NCBI GenBank assembly: GCA_045614665.1
Contig: JAZLDI010000021.1
Coordinates: 20,108 to 84,107, forward strand
Reading direction: 5' to 3'
DNA from: Candidatus Enterousia sp.
GTDB lineage: Bacteria; Pseudomonadota; Alphaproteobacteria; Rs-D84
Length of the DNA stretch: 64,000 nt
Position 1 is the stretch's first letter, and each line of letters starts with the position of its first letter. Positions 41,644 to 50,778 of the stretch are shown here, in pieces. Position numbers and translations under genes: made by a program. The notes beneath the pieces were generated by a model. The model did no database searches. It was not told where the DNA came from and was given only the letters and a program-made list of their open reading frames with translations.

Positions 41644-42999
41644 TTGCGTAAACAATCAGGTAATTTTTTAGTCCAGGCGTTATTGGCATTAACATTGATT
41701 TTTGCCTTTATACCATTTATTGCGACGCAACTTGCGGCCCGTAATATTGATGCGCAAATGTATTCATCAACACGCCAGATTGGCAATGCCTCTACCGCGG
41801 CACGTATATTTATTCGCGAAAATGCACGACTGATTTCGTATGGGCAAACGGTTGTTGCCGGGGACGATTTTGCGGATTTGTTGGAACCATATGGGTTGCC
41901 ACTGGGGTTTGTACCGCGTACCCCCATGGGACAGGATATAATTTTGGTTATCAATAAAACGCCAACGGATGTGTCGGCATATTTGGATGTGACTGGTGGT
42001 GGTTTGTCTGAATTAAAGTTGGCTGAATTGGCGCGCAGAATTGGTTTCTATGCGACGTCAATTGATAATGGTGTGCGTGTTGGAATTGTGTTAACCGATG
42101 ACTATTCTGACATTGTTCGTCGGAACGAACCGGACCTGGACAACAGTGGTTTTTTAACAGACATAGATATGGGGAATTTTTCATTTCGTAATGCGGGCAA
42201 TGTGTTTGCATCCGGTGGTGATTTTAATACTGCCCAGTTTACAACCCTTTCGATTGTTGGTACTGAATCTGGTCGCAAGGCGCAAAATGATATAAAAAAT
42301 ATTACCGCCAACAAGACTGTTTTTCAAAGCCGTACGGGTGAGGCTGCCTTGGCTCTGTCGCGTGGAACGTTGTTGTTGGGGACACTGGATGCGCGTACGG
42401 TTTCCAAGTTTGGTGATATGGGAAGCTTTACGGCAAATTCTGCGGCTGTTTATGATTTTTCCATGACGGCTGGACGTACAGCATTTACGGGTCCGGCCAA
42501 ATGGAATGTTCATGGTAATGTTGCATCAAACAAGATGAATTTTAGTGTAGAGCGCCTGGATATAGATTCGCATCTAAACGTTACCCGTGGTCAGGACGTT
42601 TTTATCGACGCCGATACATTGGAATACAGTACAAAAAGCGGGATAGAGGCAGGTACTGTTTATGCGTCCAATATTACTGTTCGTGATCAGACGTCCCAGG
42701 GGTTGTCTGGTGGCTCGTCGGGTGCAACGATTTTGGATATTCGTCCGGCGGGTGTATCTTTATTGCCAGATGTTTTGGTTGATTCTGTTAATAACGACAA
42801 TTTTAAAATTCTAAAAAGTCCAGATGCTGATAACGGCGATACAATTACATGCAAAGACATCATTGTTGATTTTGGTGGCGTTTATAATTCCAAGTCTTTG
42901 GCCCATAATTTAATTTGCCAGTATGTTTTTTGGCAGCGTCTGGAACACAGAATCAAAATAAAACAATGTTTAATGGCGGGTGGCAGTGACTGTATTTAA
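41644..42999 (+). CDS. large prepilin-type N-terminal domain protein (451 aa), paralog 1
   Basis: TTG start. 6-aa basic leader MRKQSG then NFLVQALLALTLIFAFIPFIATQLAA (Gln at +5). Shine-Dalgarno-like AGGGGG upstream. The rest is Thr/Ser/Gly/Asn-rich and predicted beta. C-terminal Cys residues. Confidence 0.55.
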   Translation: MRKQSGNFLVQALLALTLIFAFIPFIATQLAARNIDAQMYSSTRQIGNASTAARIFIRENARLISYGQTVVAGDDFADLLEPYGLPLGFVPRTPMGQDIILVINKTPTDVSAYLDVTGGGLSELKLAELARRIGFYATSIDNGVRVGIVLTDDYSDIVRRNEPDLDNSGFLTDIDMGNFSFRNAGNVFASGGDFNTAQFTTLSIVGTESGRKAQNDIKNITANKTVFQSRTGEAALALSRGTLLLGTLDARTVSKFGDMGSFTANSAAVYDFSMTAGRTAFTGPAKWNVHGNVASNKMNFSVERLDIDSHLNVTRGQDVFIDADTLEYSTKSGIEAGTVYASNITVRDQTSQGLSGGSSGATILDIRPAGVSLLPDVLVDSVNNDNFKILKSPDADNGDTITCKDIIVDFGGVYNSKSLAHNLICQYVFWQRLEHRIKIKQCLMAGGSDCI

Positions 43000-44191
43000 A
43001 ACAAAAATTTTTACAGATGAAAATCGTGGCGCCAGTGTTATGGAAGTCTTACTGGCGCTGGGGATTGTTGCGCTGGCGACACCGTTTGTGTATTCCCAAA
43101 TTTCGCGCAGCACCCAAACCGTACGCGATATGGCGCACGCAAAACAAATTATGGATGTTCGTGATAATGTTTTGAACTTTGTTCGTATGAATCAGGACAA
43201 ATGGCCAGATGTTGCACAAATAAGATTAGATGAAGATGAATTGCGCGCAATATCTGATGTGCCGGTTGCGGGATTGATTGATAAATATTCTGTGCGTGGT
43301 GCGACAATAACGGATGTGTATTTGGCGTACGAAATCGGTGATGATTTAATGACGACCGCGCGTATTGCGTCGCATATTGGCTCTGATGCGGCAGTTGTGT
43401 CTGATGATGGTGTGGCGTATGGTCCGTCTTGGGCGGCGGCGGCACCGGATTTTGCACCGGGTGATTTGGTTTATCGTATAACACGTGATGTGTCTGGATC
43501 GGATACGTCGCGATATTTACATCGTGCAACATCGGGCGAAGACAAATTAAATGTCATGTTCCGTGATTTAAATATGGGGGGCTACAATGTATACAATACT
43601 GCGTCCATCCTTGCTGATTCGGTGCGTTCAAATAATGCCACTGCATTTTTTGTAAACGCAGACGATATCGCGGCGGAAAATGTATACTTTTCATCTGGGG
43701 CAAATATGGATGGCGGCGATGTCTTTATTAACAGTATGCGTGTGTCTGGGGATATAACTGGCTTTAAAAATATTTATGCTGATAAAATGAATGGTACTAC
43801 ATACACAACATCTGGTCGTATTATCGCGGACAAGGCAACGGTTGCAAATTCTATAAATATTTCGCGTGACTTGATTTTGAAATCAGATTCGACAAAAACA
43901 ATAAGTGGGTTTACAGGTATTACAACCGGGACGGTTTTGGCGCCATTTTTATCAACCGAAGAAATTGTTTTTTACGAAGATTTCGGCCTAACGGTATCTG
44001 GTGAATTGTTAATGTCAACGGTTGCGCCGTTACAGATTGGGCGTTGGGTATTTCCATCAACGACACCTCCGCGTTTTTCACAATTTACCATATCGCGTAC
44101 AACCAATCCATCTATGCCAGATGTGTCAGAATTTAACGCGATAATGAAATCTGGCTGGATGCAGACTGAAACAATAATACCAACGGAATAA
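42980..44191 (+). CDS. large prepilin-type N-terminal domain protein (403 aa), paralog 2
   Basis: GTG start overlapping the paralog 1 end. ...DENRG then ASVMEVLLALGIVALATPFV (Glu at +5). The post-helix region aligns with paralogs 1 and 3 on a Q…I…V..(F/Y)(V/I)RxN pattern. Confidence 0.55.
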   Translation: MAVTVFKTKIFTDENRGASVMEVLLALGIVALATPFVYSQISRSTQTVRDMAHAKQIMDVRDNVLNFVRMNQDKWPDVAQIRLDEDELRAISDVPVAGLIDKYSVRGATITDVYLAYEIGDDLMTTARIASHIGSDAAVVSDDGVAYGPSWAAAAPDFAPGDLVYRITRDVSGSDTSRYLHRATSGEDKLNVMFRDLNMGGYNVYNTASILADSVRSNNATAFFVNADDIAAENVYFSSGANMDGGDVFINSMRVSGDITGFKNIYADKMNGTTYTTSGRIIADKATVANSINISRDLILKSDSTKTISGFTGITTGTVLAPFLSTEEIVFYEDFGLTVSGELLMSTVAPLQIGRWVFPSTTPPRFSQFTISRTTNPSMPDVSEFNAIMKSGWMQTETIIPTE

Positions 44192-44192
44192 A

Positions 44193-45524
44193 ATGACAAA
44201 AAGATACGGTATTTTTTCTGATTTTATGCATAACCCTGCTCGTGGCAGCATGCTTGTTGAATTACTGCTAAGTGTGGCGTTGGCGGCATTGGTGATTCCT
44301 TTTATTTTTCAGTATCACCAAAATGCAGCTGTTCGTACCCAGAATATTGCAATAACACAAAATATGAACGCGGTTCAAAATGTTCTGGAGCGGTATATCG
44401 TTGAAAATCGTACCGATTTACTGCGTACTGTTGGAAAAAATATTACGCGTGTAAATATTGCAGACTTAACAGAATATGGTTTGTCACCAACTCTTGTTCA
44501 GGATGCTGATAAATACCAGTTGCGCATCTTAAAGTCAACTGACACCACGGGCAGCGCGACATTACAAGGTGTTGTTGTTTATACATCATCGGATATTACA
44601 CCAATTCGTACCCGCGAAATTGTAAACATTGGTGGGGCGAATATGGGGTTTGTTGATGGTACGCGTGCGTATGGCGCATATGGTGCGTGGCGTAACGATA
44701 TTTCTGATATCGGCATCGATGCCCGTGATGGTATTGTCGGCACCACATCGGTAAAGCGTGATGCTGCATTATATCTGTCACGTTTACCGTCTGATAATAT
44801 TGACGATGCAACAATGATGTCGCCGTTTAATCTTGGGGGGCACGATATTATAAATGCTCGGTTCTTTGATGCGTCTACTATTCAATTTGCAGAAGATTTG
44901 AATATAAAGTCTGGTGTGGTTCGTGACTTGATATTTCAAAATCGCACAGCGATTGACACAACGTATACGTCTGAAACTGCAACAGTCTCGGGTGGTTTGT
45001 CGTCAGATGGTCGTACAATGGAAATTTCTGGCAAGTTTCTTCTTGCAGACGTGGGCAAGTTTTCATCATTCACAGTAGGTGATTTGTGGACATCGACGAT
45101 GACATTGTCTGGATTGTCGATCAGTGCATATGATGAATATTATCGCGAACAGCCCGCAATATTAAAGATTGCTGGATCTTTGGATATGACGGCGGGGCGC
45201 ATAGAATCGCTTTATACAACGGTTGGTTTTGCAGGGTCGATTACACCACGTTTGGTTGTGTATGATCGTATAGAGGATTCTAAAAATTCTGATTATTATT
45301 GGGATGTGGATAAATCGTCGGCAAACTTTGCGGACGTGACATTAGCGGAACTTAATCGCTTGGCAACATTGGCGGCGCATTTCGAGAAGGTTCCCGGTAC
45401 AGACAGCGCTACCTTGTTTGGTGGTGTGACCGCGAACAAGAATGCGACGGCGGCGGATTTTATGAATGCTATTCGTGAAATTCAGACCCGTGTTCGTGCG
45501 AAATATCGCCTGTTGAATTTGTAA
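44193..45524 (+). CDS. large prepilin-type N-terminal domain protein (443 aa), paralog 3
   Basis: ATG 1 nt after the paralog 2 stop. ...HNPARG then SMLVELLLSVALAALVIPF (Glu at +5). An alternative internal ATG gives a 7-aa leader MHNPARG. Confidence 0.55.
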   Translation: MTKRYGIFSDFMHNPARGSMLVELLLSVALAALVIPFIFQYHQNAAVRTQNIAITQNMNAVQNVLERYIVENRTDLLRTVGKNITRVNIADLTEYGLSPTLVQDADKYQLRILKSTDTTGSATLQGVVVYTSSDITPIRTREIVNIGGANMGFVDGTRAYGAYGAWRNDISDIGIDARDGIVGTTSVKRDAALYLSRLPSDNIDDATMMSPFNLGGHDIINARFFDASTIQFAEDLNIKSGVVRDLIFQNRTAIDTTYTSETATVSGGLSSDGRTMEISGKFLLADVGKFSSFTVGDLWTSTMTLSGLSISAYDEYYREQPAILKIAGSLDMTAGRIESLYTTVGFAGSITPRLVVYDRIEDSKNSDYYWDVDKSSANFADVTLAELNRLATLAAHFEKVPGTDSATLFGGVTANKNATAADFMNAIREIQTRVRAKYRLLNL

Positions 45525-45547
45525 TTATTTGTGGTATAAGTATAGAT

Positions 45548-46072
45548 ATGAAAATAACATGTGATTTTTGTAAAACAGAATATAATACCCCGTCGCGTGC
45601 GGGCGCAGCCGTGCGTTGCGCGGTGTGTGGCAATACATGGACGGTGCCAATGCCTGCGCGCAAGAATGCGTTTTTAATGTTTTTTGCGTCTTTGTGTGCA
45701 TTGTTGTCTGTAATTGTATTTGTTGTTGCGGTTGTTGTAACGCACAAGCCGAATCCGGAACGCGATGCTCCATTGGTTGCGCGTGTGACTGGACACGAAA
45801 TTGTGACAAACGACGATGGTGCACGTAATTTGAAAGTATCTGGTACGGTTTATAACCAGACGTCAGATATCTATGGTATGCCGGATATAATGATTGTTTT
45901 GCGTGATGCGGACGGCCGCACAATTGCTAGCCAGAAATTTATGCCATCTGCAACATTGATTGACGCGGGTGGTACATCAAATTTCACATATACTTTGTCT
46001 GGTCCGGTATCACCGGATATAAAAAGCATAGATGTACGCTTGGTTGTCGATGGGGGACAGGATGAAAAATAA
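45548..46072 (+). CDS. zinc-ribbon (MJ0042-type CxxC…CxxC) plus TM plus DUF3426-like domain protein
   Basis: N-terminal CDFC…CAVC zinc ribbon, a single TM (LMFFASLCALLSVIVFVVAVVV), a periplasmic beta-rich domain. 174 aa. Confidence 0.55.
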   Translation: MKITCDFCKTEYNTPSRAGAAVRCAVCGNTWTVPMPARKNAFLMFFASLCALLSVIVFVVAVVVTHKPNPERDAPLVARVTGHEIVTNDDGARNLKVSGTVYNQTSDIYGMPDIMIVLRDADGRTIASQKFMPSATLIDAGGTSNFTYTLSGPVSPDIKSIDVRLVVDGGQDEK

Positions 46073-46532
46073 AATATACTCAGTTTTACTTGGTTGTATA
46101 TTGTCCGTGGCGGCAAATGCGGCAACGGAAACGCCGATACAGCCACGTGTGTCCATTTTTTCCACCAGCACTGATTGGGAGGCTGTAACCGGTCGTCCCC
46201 TGAATGAATATTATGGAAAATTTAGTGGTCGTTCATCGCTGATTGGTCGTGGTTTAATGCTGTACTATCTGGATGGTTTTCCGTGTTATGGCCTTGGGGG
46301 CAGTGTCCAGGCCTGGGTTGGTCCTAACGGTGATTCGTCACATCGATTGCGTCTAGCTTGCGTGGCGGCGCCCAAGACAATAAACTTTGCATGGGTTCAT
46401 GCATCGCGTGACGCGGACGACCAAACAACAACGGGAATTTTGACATGTGAAATTGATGGCGATGGCGGTCGTGATTTTGAAATTGACTTGTCGCGTTGTA
46501 CACGTGGCCCCGATTGGGATGATTATGAATAA
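46062..46532 (+). CDS. small secreted cysteine-containing hypothetical protein
   Basis: GGGGGACAGG Shine-Dalgarno motif, then ATG at 46062. Signal peptide MKNKIYSVLLGCILSVAANA. Four or more Cys. The start overlaps the end of the preceding gene. Confidence 0.45.
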   Translation: MKNKIYSVLLGCILSVAANAATETPIQPRVSIFSTSTDWEAVTGRPLNEYYGKFSGRSSLIGRGLMLYYLDGFPCYGLGGSVQAWVGPNGDSSHRLRLACVAAPKTINFAWVHASRDADDQTTTGILTCEIDGDGGRDFEIDLSRCTRGPDWDDYE

Positions 46533-46546
46533 GGGGTTTGTTTTTT

Positions 46547-47506
46547 ATGTCGGATATTCGCGAATTTGTTGTAGATGATGAAAGTGTGGGCGTTCGTATT
46601 GATAAGTTCTTGTCCGCACAAATGCCTGAATTTTCACGCAGTGAAATTCAAAAGTTTACCGTCACACGCGGTGGCACCTTGATAAAGTTTTCAGAAAAAA
46701 CACGTGCTGGCGATGTGTTTTCTGTAACGGTGTCGACCCCACAGACAAAAAACGCAACCGACAATGTTTCATCAGATTTTGATTTGGATATTTTGTTCGA
46801 AGACGACGATATTATTGTGATAAATAAACCGCGTGGTGTTGTTATGTATCCATCGGCGGGTAATAACACTGGAACATTGGTTCAAAATATCTTGGCACAT
46901 ACACATTTATCCGCATTGGGTGGTGATACGCGTCCCGGCGTTGTGCACAGATTGGACAAGGATACCAGTGGCGTTATGGTTTTTGCAAAATCTGATGCTG
47001 CATACCGCGCATTGGTAAAAATGTTTTCAGAACACAATTTAACCCGCAAATATGTGTGTTTTGCATGGGGAATTCCAAACTGGGAAGATGCCACAATAAC
47101 CGGCAATATCGCGCGTTCATCCCGCAATCGTCAGAAAATGACAATGGTAAAGTCTGGGGGTAAACACGCCCATACCGATGTGGCGGTTATAAATGCATTT
47201 CCGCGTGCTGGCGTGACCCAGTTTCGTTGTACATTGATGACGGGGCGTACGCACCAGATACGTGTTCACTTGTCCGCGCACGGTTTTCCTGTTTTGTGTG
47301 ATCCGATTTATGGACGCGGCTCGTCACGTCTGGGGTCTGTGCGAGATGCAGATTTGCTGGATTTTTTACGTAATCACGATGGTCAAATGTTACATGCAGA
47401 ATTGCTGGAATTTACGCATCCTGTAACGGGCGCGCAAATGCGGTTTAAAACGCGTCTTCCCGACGATATGGAAGAATTAAGATATTTGCTTACTGAAATT
47501 GGATAA
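46547..47506 (+). CDS. rluD: 23S rRNA pseudouridine synthase, RluA/RluD family
   Basis: S4-like N-terminus and catalytic HRLDKDTSGVMVFAK motif. The ORF track starts at a TTG at 46538; the ATG at 46547 has the better Shine-Dalgarno motif. Confidence 0.85.
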   Translation: MSDIREFVVDDESVGVRIDKFLSAQMPEFSRSEIQKFTVTRGGTLIKFSEKTRAGDVFSVTVSTPQTKNATDNVSSDFDLDILFEDDDIIVINKPRGVVMYPSAGNNTGTLVQNILAHTHLSALGGDTRPGVVHRLDKDTSGVMVFAKSDAAYRALVKMFSEHNLTRKYVCFAWGIPNWEDATITGNIARSSRNRQKMTMVKSGGKHAHTDVAVINAFPRAGVTQFRCTLMTGRTHQIRVHLSAHGFPVLCDPIYGRGSSRLGSVRDADLLDFLRNHDGQMLHAELLEFTHPVTGAQMRFKTRLPDDMEELRYLLTEIG

Positions 47507-47582
47507 TTAAGCGATTTTTGCACTATTTTTCCCTTTCCAAAGCGTTGGTTTTATGTTAAAATAAAACAAAAGTATATGGAGT

Positions 47583-50500
47583 TTGGGAATGTCATTCTTG
47601 AAAAAAACTGTTAGTATGTTGGCTGTTTTCGCCGTATTTCCGGCGGCTTTTGCGGTGACTGCGCGTCCCAGTGTGATGAACACTGTAACGGCAACATCGC
47701 GTCGTTTGCCGACGTTGACTGCGTATATTAATTCTGCGACTTCATCAACATCGACGACAACGTCTTCATCGACAATGTCAGATACCGAATGTGTTGAAGC
47801 GTATACCGAATGTATGAAGGGCGAAGATGCCTGTGGTCCAGAATTCGAAGAATGTACAACCCGTAAATTGTTTCACGGTAAAATGCCGGTGTGCTTGAAT
47901 GTTTTATCACAGTGCTCGTCTGCTGGTGTTAATGATTTGTTTGGGACGTCTGCGATTTCTGCGCTTGGTAATATCAAGACCACGGATTCTGCGACGGGTG
48001 AAATTTTGGATTATACATACCCAACCGATGGCAGTGCGATGGGGCAATGGGTGTCGGCGGCGGCCATTAATAACCAGTATGATACATCGACATGTGTGAA
48101 ACGTTATACGTCCTGCTTGAACAAGGAAAGTGTTTGTGGTGCCGATTTTGAATTGTGTACATCTACCAAAGATTTCAAGAAACAAGCTTTGTTTTGTGAT
48201 TCAACATTGGCTCGTTGTCAAAGTGCAGGGGTACGCGAACTGTTTGGTGTATATCCATGGACTCCGTCCAGTGCGTCAATTGGTGGTCGTGTGGCGTCTA
48301 TGATTGAAGATGGGGCACAATTGGCGGCGATGAATGCGGTTTCAACGTGTTACAAGGTTGTGGAACAGTGTTTCTTGGGTGCGTGTACGGCCAATCCGTT
48401 CCGTTGTATTGAGGGGGCAACTCTCGAAACTGTAACGGCGGCGAATTTGGCGTCTGAAACATCGGAAAATGCAACGGCTGTATCTGCGTCTGGTGATGTT
48501 TTATCTAAAAGCGATGTTAATCGTTATTTAAAAACATCTTGTTTGGATACAATTGGTGCAAATAAGTATTGTCATATGACGTTCCGTGAAAAAACACCGA
48601 CCAAGGGCGAATTGTCTGATGTCGAAGCTCAAGAAGAAGTGTTTGAGGCGGCAATTGACCAACGTAAAAAATACGTTGATTCTAAAATCCAAGACATAAT
48701 GCAGAAATTTGACACCCGTGCCAAGAACAAATGTTCTGAAACAATTCGTTCATGTGCAATGCGCACCTGTGGCGAAGGGATTGGTTCTGTATGCTATACA
48801 TCTGTATTTAATGGTTCCAATGAATCTATTAACAAAGAATCTACATATGCCCAGATAAAACGCGGTTGTGAATCGATTGTTAATACCGACACAAATTGTC
48901 AGTATGCGTATGCCTCTGTCAAGAACCAGGCCTATTCCTATGCATACTTAAATGACGGGGTGTTTGATACATTGTTCCCGGTATATGATGAAACAACCAA
49001 GTCCGATCCAATTGGTGTTGTTGCATCGTTAAATGCGACATTGTCTAATAATTACAGTATGGCTGCAATTGCAGAGATGAAAAAACAATGCCAATCCGTC
49101 GCGACCAGTTGCGTCAAGACGATGTGTGGTACGGACTATGTAAATTGTTATCGCAATCGTACGGATATTGTTGGCGATTTAACACAAACAGGCGATGCTG
49201 ACTTTGATAAATCAATGAACAAAGCTGGTGGTGTTCTGGATTACACAATCGTATTGGGGCTGTGTATGAACACGGTAAAGGCGGCCGATGTTTGTGATGA
49301 GCATCTTAAAATCGAACAGGCTCGTTTGGCCCAGGGCGCAAATCTTAGCAACAGCTGGGGTGAATCGGCATCTGTGCGTGATGGCTGGATTGATGCTGGC
49401 GGTGCCAAGTCTGTAACGGTTGATACCGAAACAGTTCAAAAGGTTGATGCCAACGGTAATAAAATCTGTGCCAATTCCAAGGGGTACGAGGGTATTTGTT
49501 ACCAGGTTGACAACGATGGCGACGTATATGATGAACCGGTTATGGAATCATATAAAACATATCTGACGAACCAGTCTGCGACCACATTGTTCCGCGAACT
49601 GTTAAGCGATATTGAATACGAGGCCCAGGCAAAATATAACGCCAAACTGACCAAACAGCAAAATATGTGTATGTCGGCAAATTCTGGTGGTGTAATGGGT
49701 AAAAATGATTTGGCCTCTACATTTATGTGGGCGAAATTAAAGAACAACAAGGTTCCGGCCAATTACGCAACGGCCGGTCTGAAACCAAACCAGGTTGTGG
49801 CCAGTAATGAATTGTATGGTTCTTTCTGTCGGGTACGTGTAAACATTCAATCCGACGACAAAGATATCCAAGATGCCATTAACAAGGGCGCAGATTGGGC
49901 AACGGCATACTTTGCCGCCGGCGACGCCTTTACCTGTGGCAGCTGGATAAGTGGCAATGATTTGGAAAAAATTGCCGAAGTCGTTGGCAAGGACGCCCGT
50001 GCGGATAAAGAAAAGACCCAGGCTAAAAATCTTGAATGGTGGTTGGCGCCAATCGCCGCGATTGGAACGGGTGTTGGTGGCGCATACCTGGGGGCGGGCA
50101 TTGCAAACGGTGACGTATTTGGCAAACTGTCCGGTCTGAATTCAAACAAGAAAGATACGAATTCAGTAGAAGCCAGTCAAAAGGGTTGCAAAAACAGTAT
50201 TGATTCTGCAACGACTATATTAGGGTCCAGCGACAACAAGGATTATGGTATTATTGAAATGCATGTAAATGCCGCGATTACAAGCGCAAAAAAACTAGAT
50301 TTGCCAACAACTACTGTAGAAGGATACTTAAAAACATATAAAGAAAAGGTTGATGCATATAAGAGTGATGCAAACAAGAAAACAGAGGCTGAAACCGCTA
50401 ATGAAAACCTGAAAAATGGCTTAGGCGCGTTGAAAAATTTGTGTGAGGCGGGAAGCAACAATGAAGAAGAAAATTCTGCCAAGAAAACGCAAACGGCGGC

Positions 50501-50705
50501 GGGGATAACCGGTGCAATAACGGCGGTTGGCGGTGGCATAATGACATTCTTTGCGACCAAGGCGATTAAAAATGCCATCCTGGACAAGGCCGAACAAGAG
50601 GCATATGATACCTTTATGAATGAAATTGGTAATCATATCTACTGTTACATCGGCGGTGAAGAGGCCGGTCAATACGGCGACGTCATTGCCACCAGTATGG
50701 AATAA
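47583..50705 (+). CDS. large secreted cysteine-rich repeat protein with C-terminal membrane anchor (1040 aa)
   Basis: Signal peptide (…FPAAFA), Ser/Thr-rich linker, about 50-aa Cys-rich modules in at least two clear copies plus degenerate ones, two C-terminal hydrophobic segments. No recognised family. Confidence 0.65.
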   Translation: MGMSFLKKTVSMLAVFAVFPAAFAVTARPSVMNTVTATSRRLPTLTAYINSATSSTSTTTSSSTMSDTECVEAYTECMKGEDACGPEFEECTTRKLFHGKMPVCLNVLSQCSSAGVNDLFGTSAISALGNIKTTDSATGEILDYTYPTDGSAMGQWVSAAAINNQYDTSTCVKRYTSCLNKESVCGADFELCTSTKDFKKQALFCDSTLARCQSAGVRELFGVYPWTPSSASIGGRVASMIEDGAQLAAMNAVSTCYKVVEQCFLGACTANPFRCIEGATLETVTAANLASETSENATAVSASGDVLSKSDVNRYLKTSCLDTIGANKYCHMTFREKTPTKGELSDVEAQEEVFEAAIDQRKKYVDSKIQDIMQKFDTRAKNKCSETIRSCAMRTCGEGIGSVCYTSVFNGSNESINKESTYAQIKRGCESIVNTDTNCQYAYASVKNQAYSYAYLNDGVFDTLFPVYDETTKSDPIGVVASLNATLSNNYSMAAIAEMKKQCQSVATSCVKTMCGTDYVNCYRNRTDIVGDLTQTGDADFDKSMNKAGGVLDYTIVLGLCMNTVKAADVCDEHLKIEQARLAQGANLSNSWGESASVRDGWIDAGGAKSVTVDTETVQKVDANGNKICANSKGYEGICYQVDNDGDVYDEPVMESYKTYLTNQSATTLFRELLSDIEYEAQAKYNAKLTKQQNMCMSANSGGVMGKNDLASTFMWAKLKNNKVPANYATAGLKPNQVVASNELYGSFCRVRVNIQSDDKDIQDAINKGADWATAYFAAGDAFTCGSWISGNDLEKIAEVVGKDARADKEKTQAKNLEWWLAPIAAIGTGVGGAYLGAGIANGDVFGKLSGLNSNKKDTNSVEASQKGCKNSIDSATTILGSSDNKDYGIIEMHVNAAITSAKKLDLPTTTVEGYLKTYKEKVDAYKSDANKKTEAETANENLKNGLGALKNLCEAGSNNEEENSAKKTQTAAGITGAITAVGGGIMTFFATKAIKNAILDKAEQEAYDTFMNEIGNHIYCYIGGEEAGQYGDVIATSME
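47787..48249 (+). repeat. intragenic tandem repeat encoding 8-Cys modules (ECVEAYTECMKGEDACGPEFEEC… and TCVKRYTSCLNKESVCGADFELC…)
   Basis: Two roughly 53-aa segments with identical Cys spacing, both ending …CxSAGV(N/R)(D/E)LFG, separated by about 48 aa. Confidence 0.5.
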
Positions 50706-50707
50706 AT

Positions 50708-50737
50708 AAAAAATCCCGCCACATGGCGGGATTTTTT
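50708..50737 (+). terminator. rho-independent terminator
   Basis: aaaaaatcccgccacatggcgggattttttg. Confidence 0.6.
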
Positions 50738-50778
50738 GATGCTTGCAAAACGTGATATTTTGCCCTAAGATTTAATCT

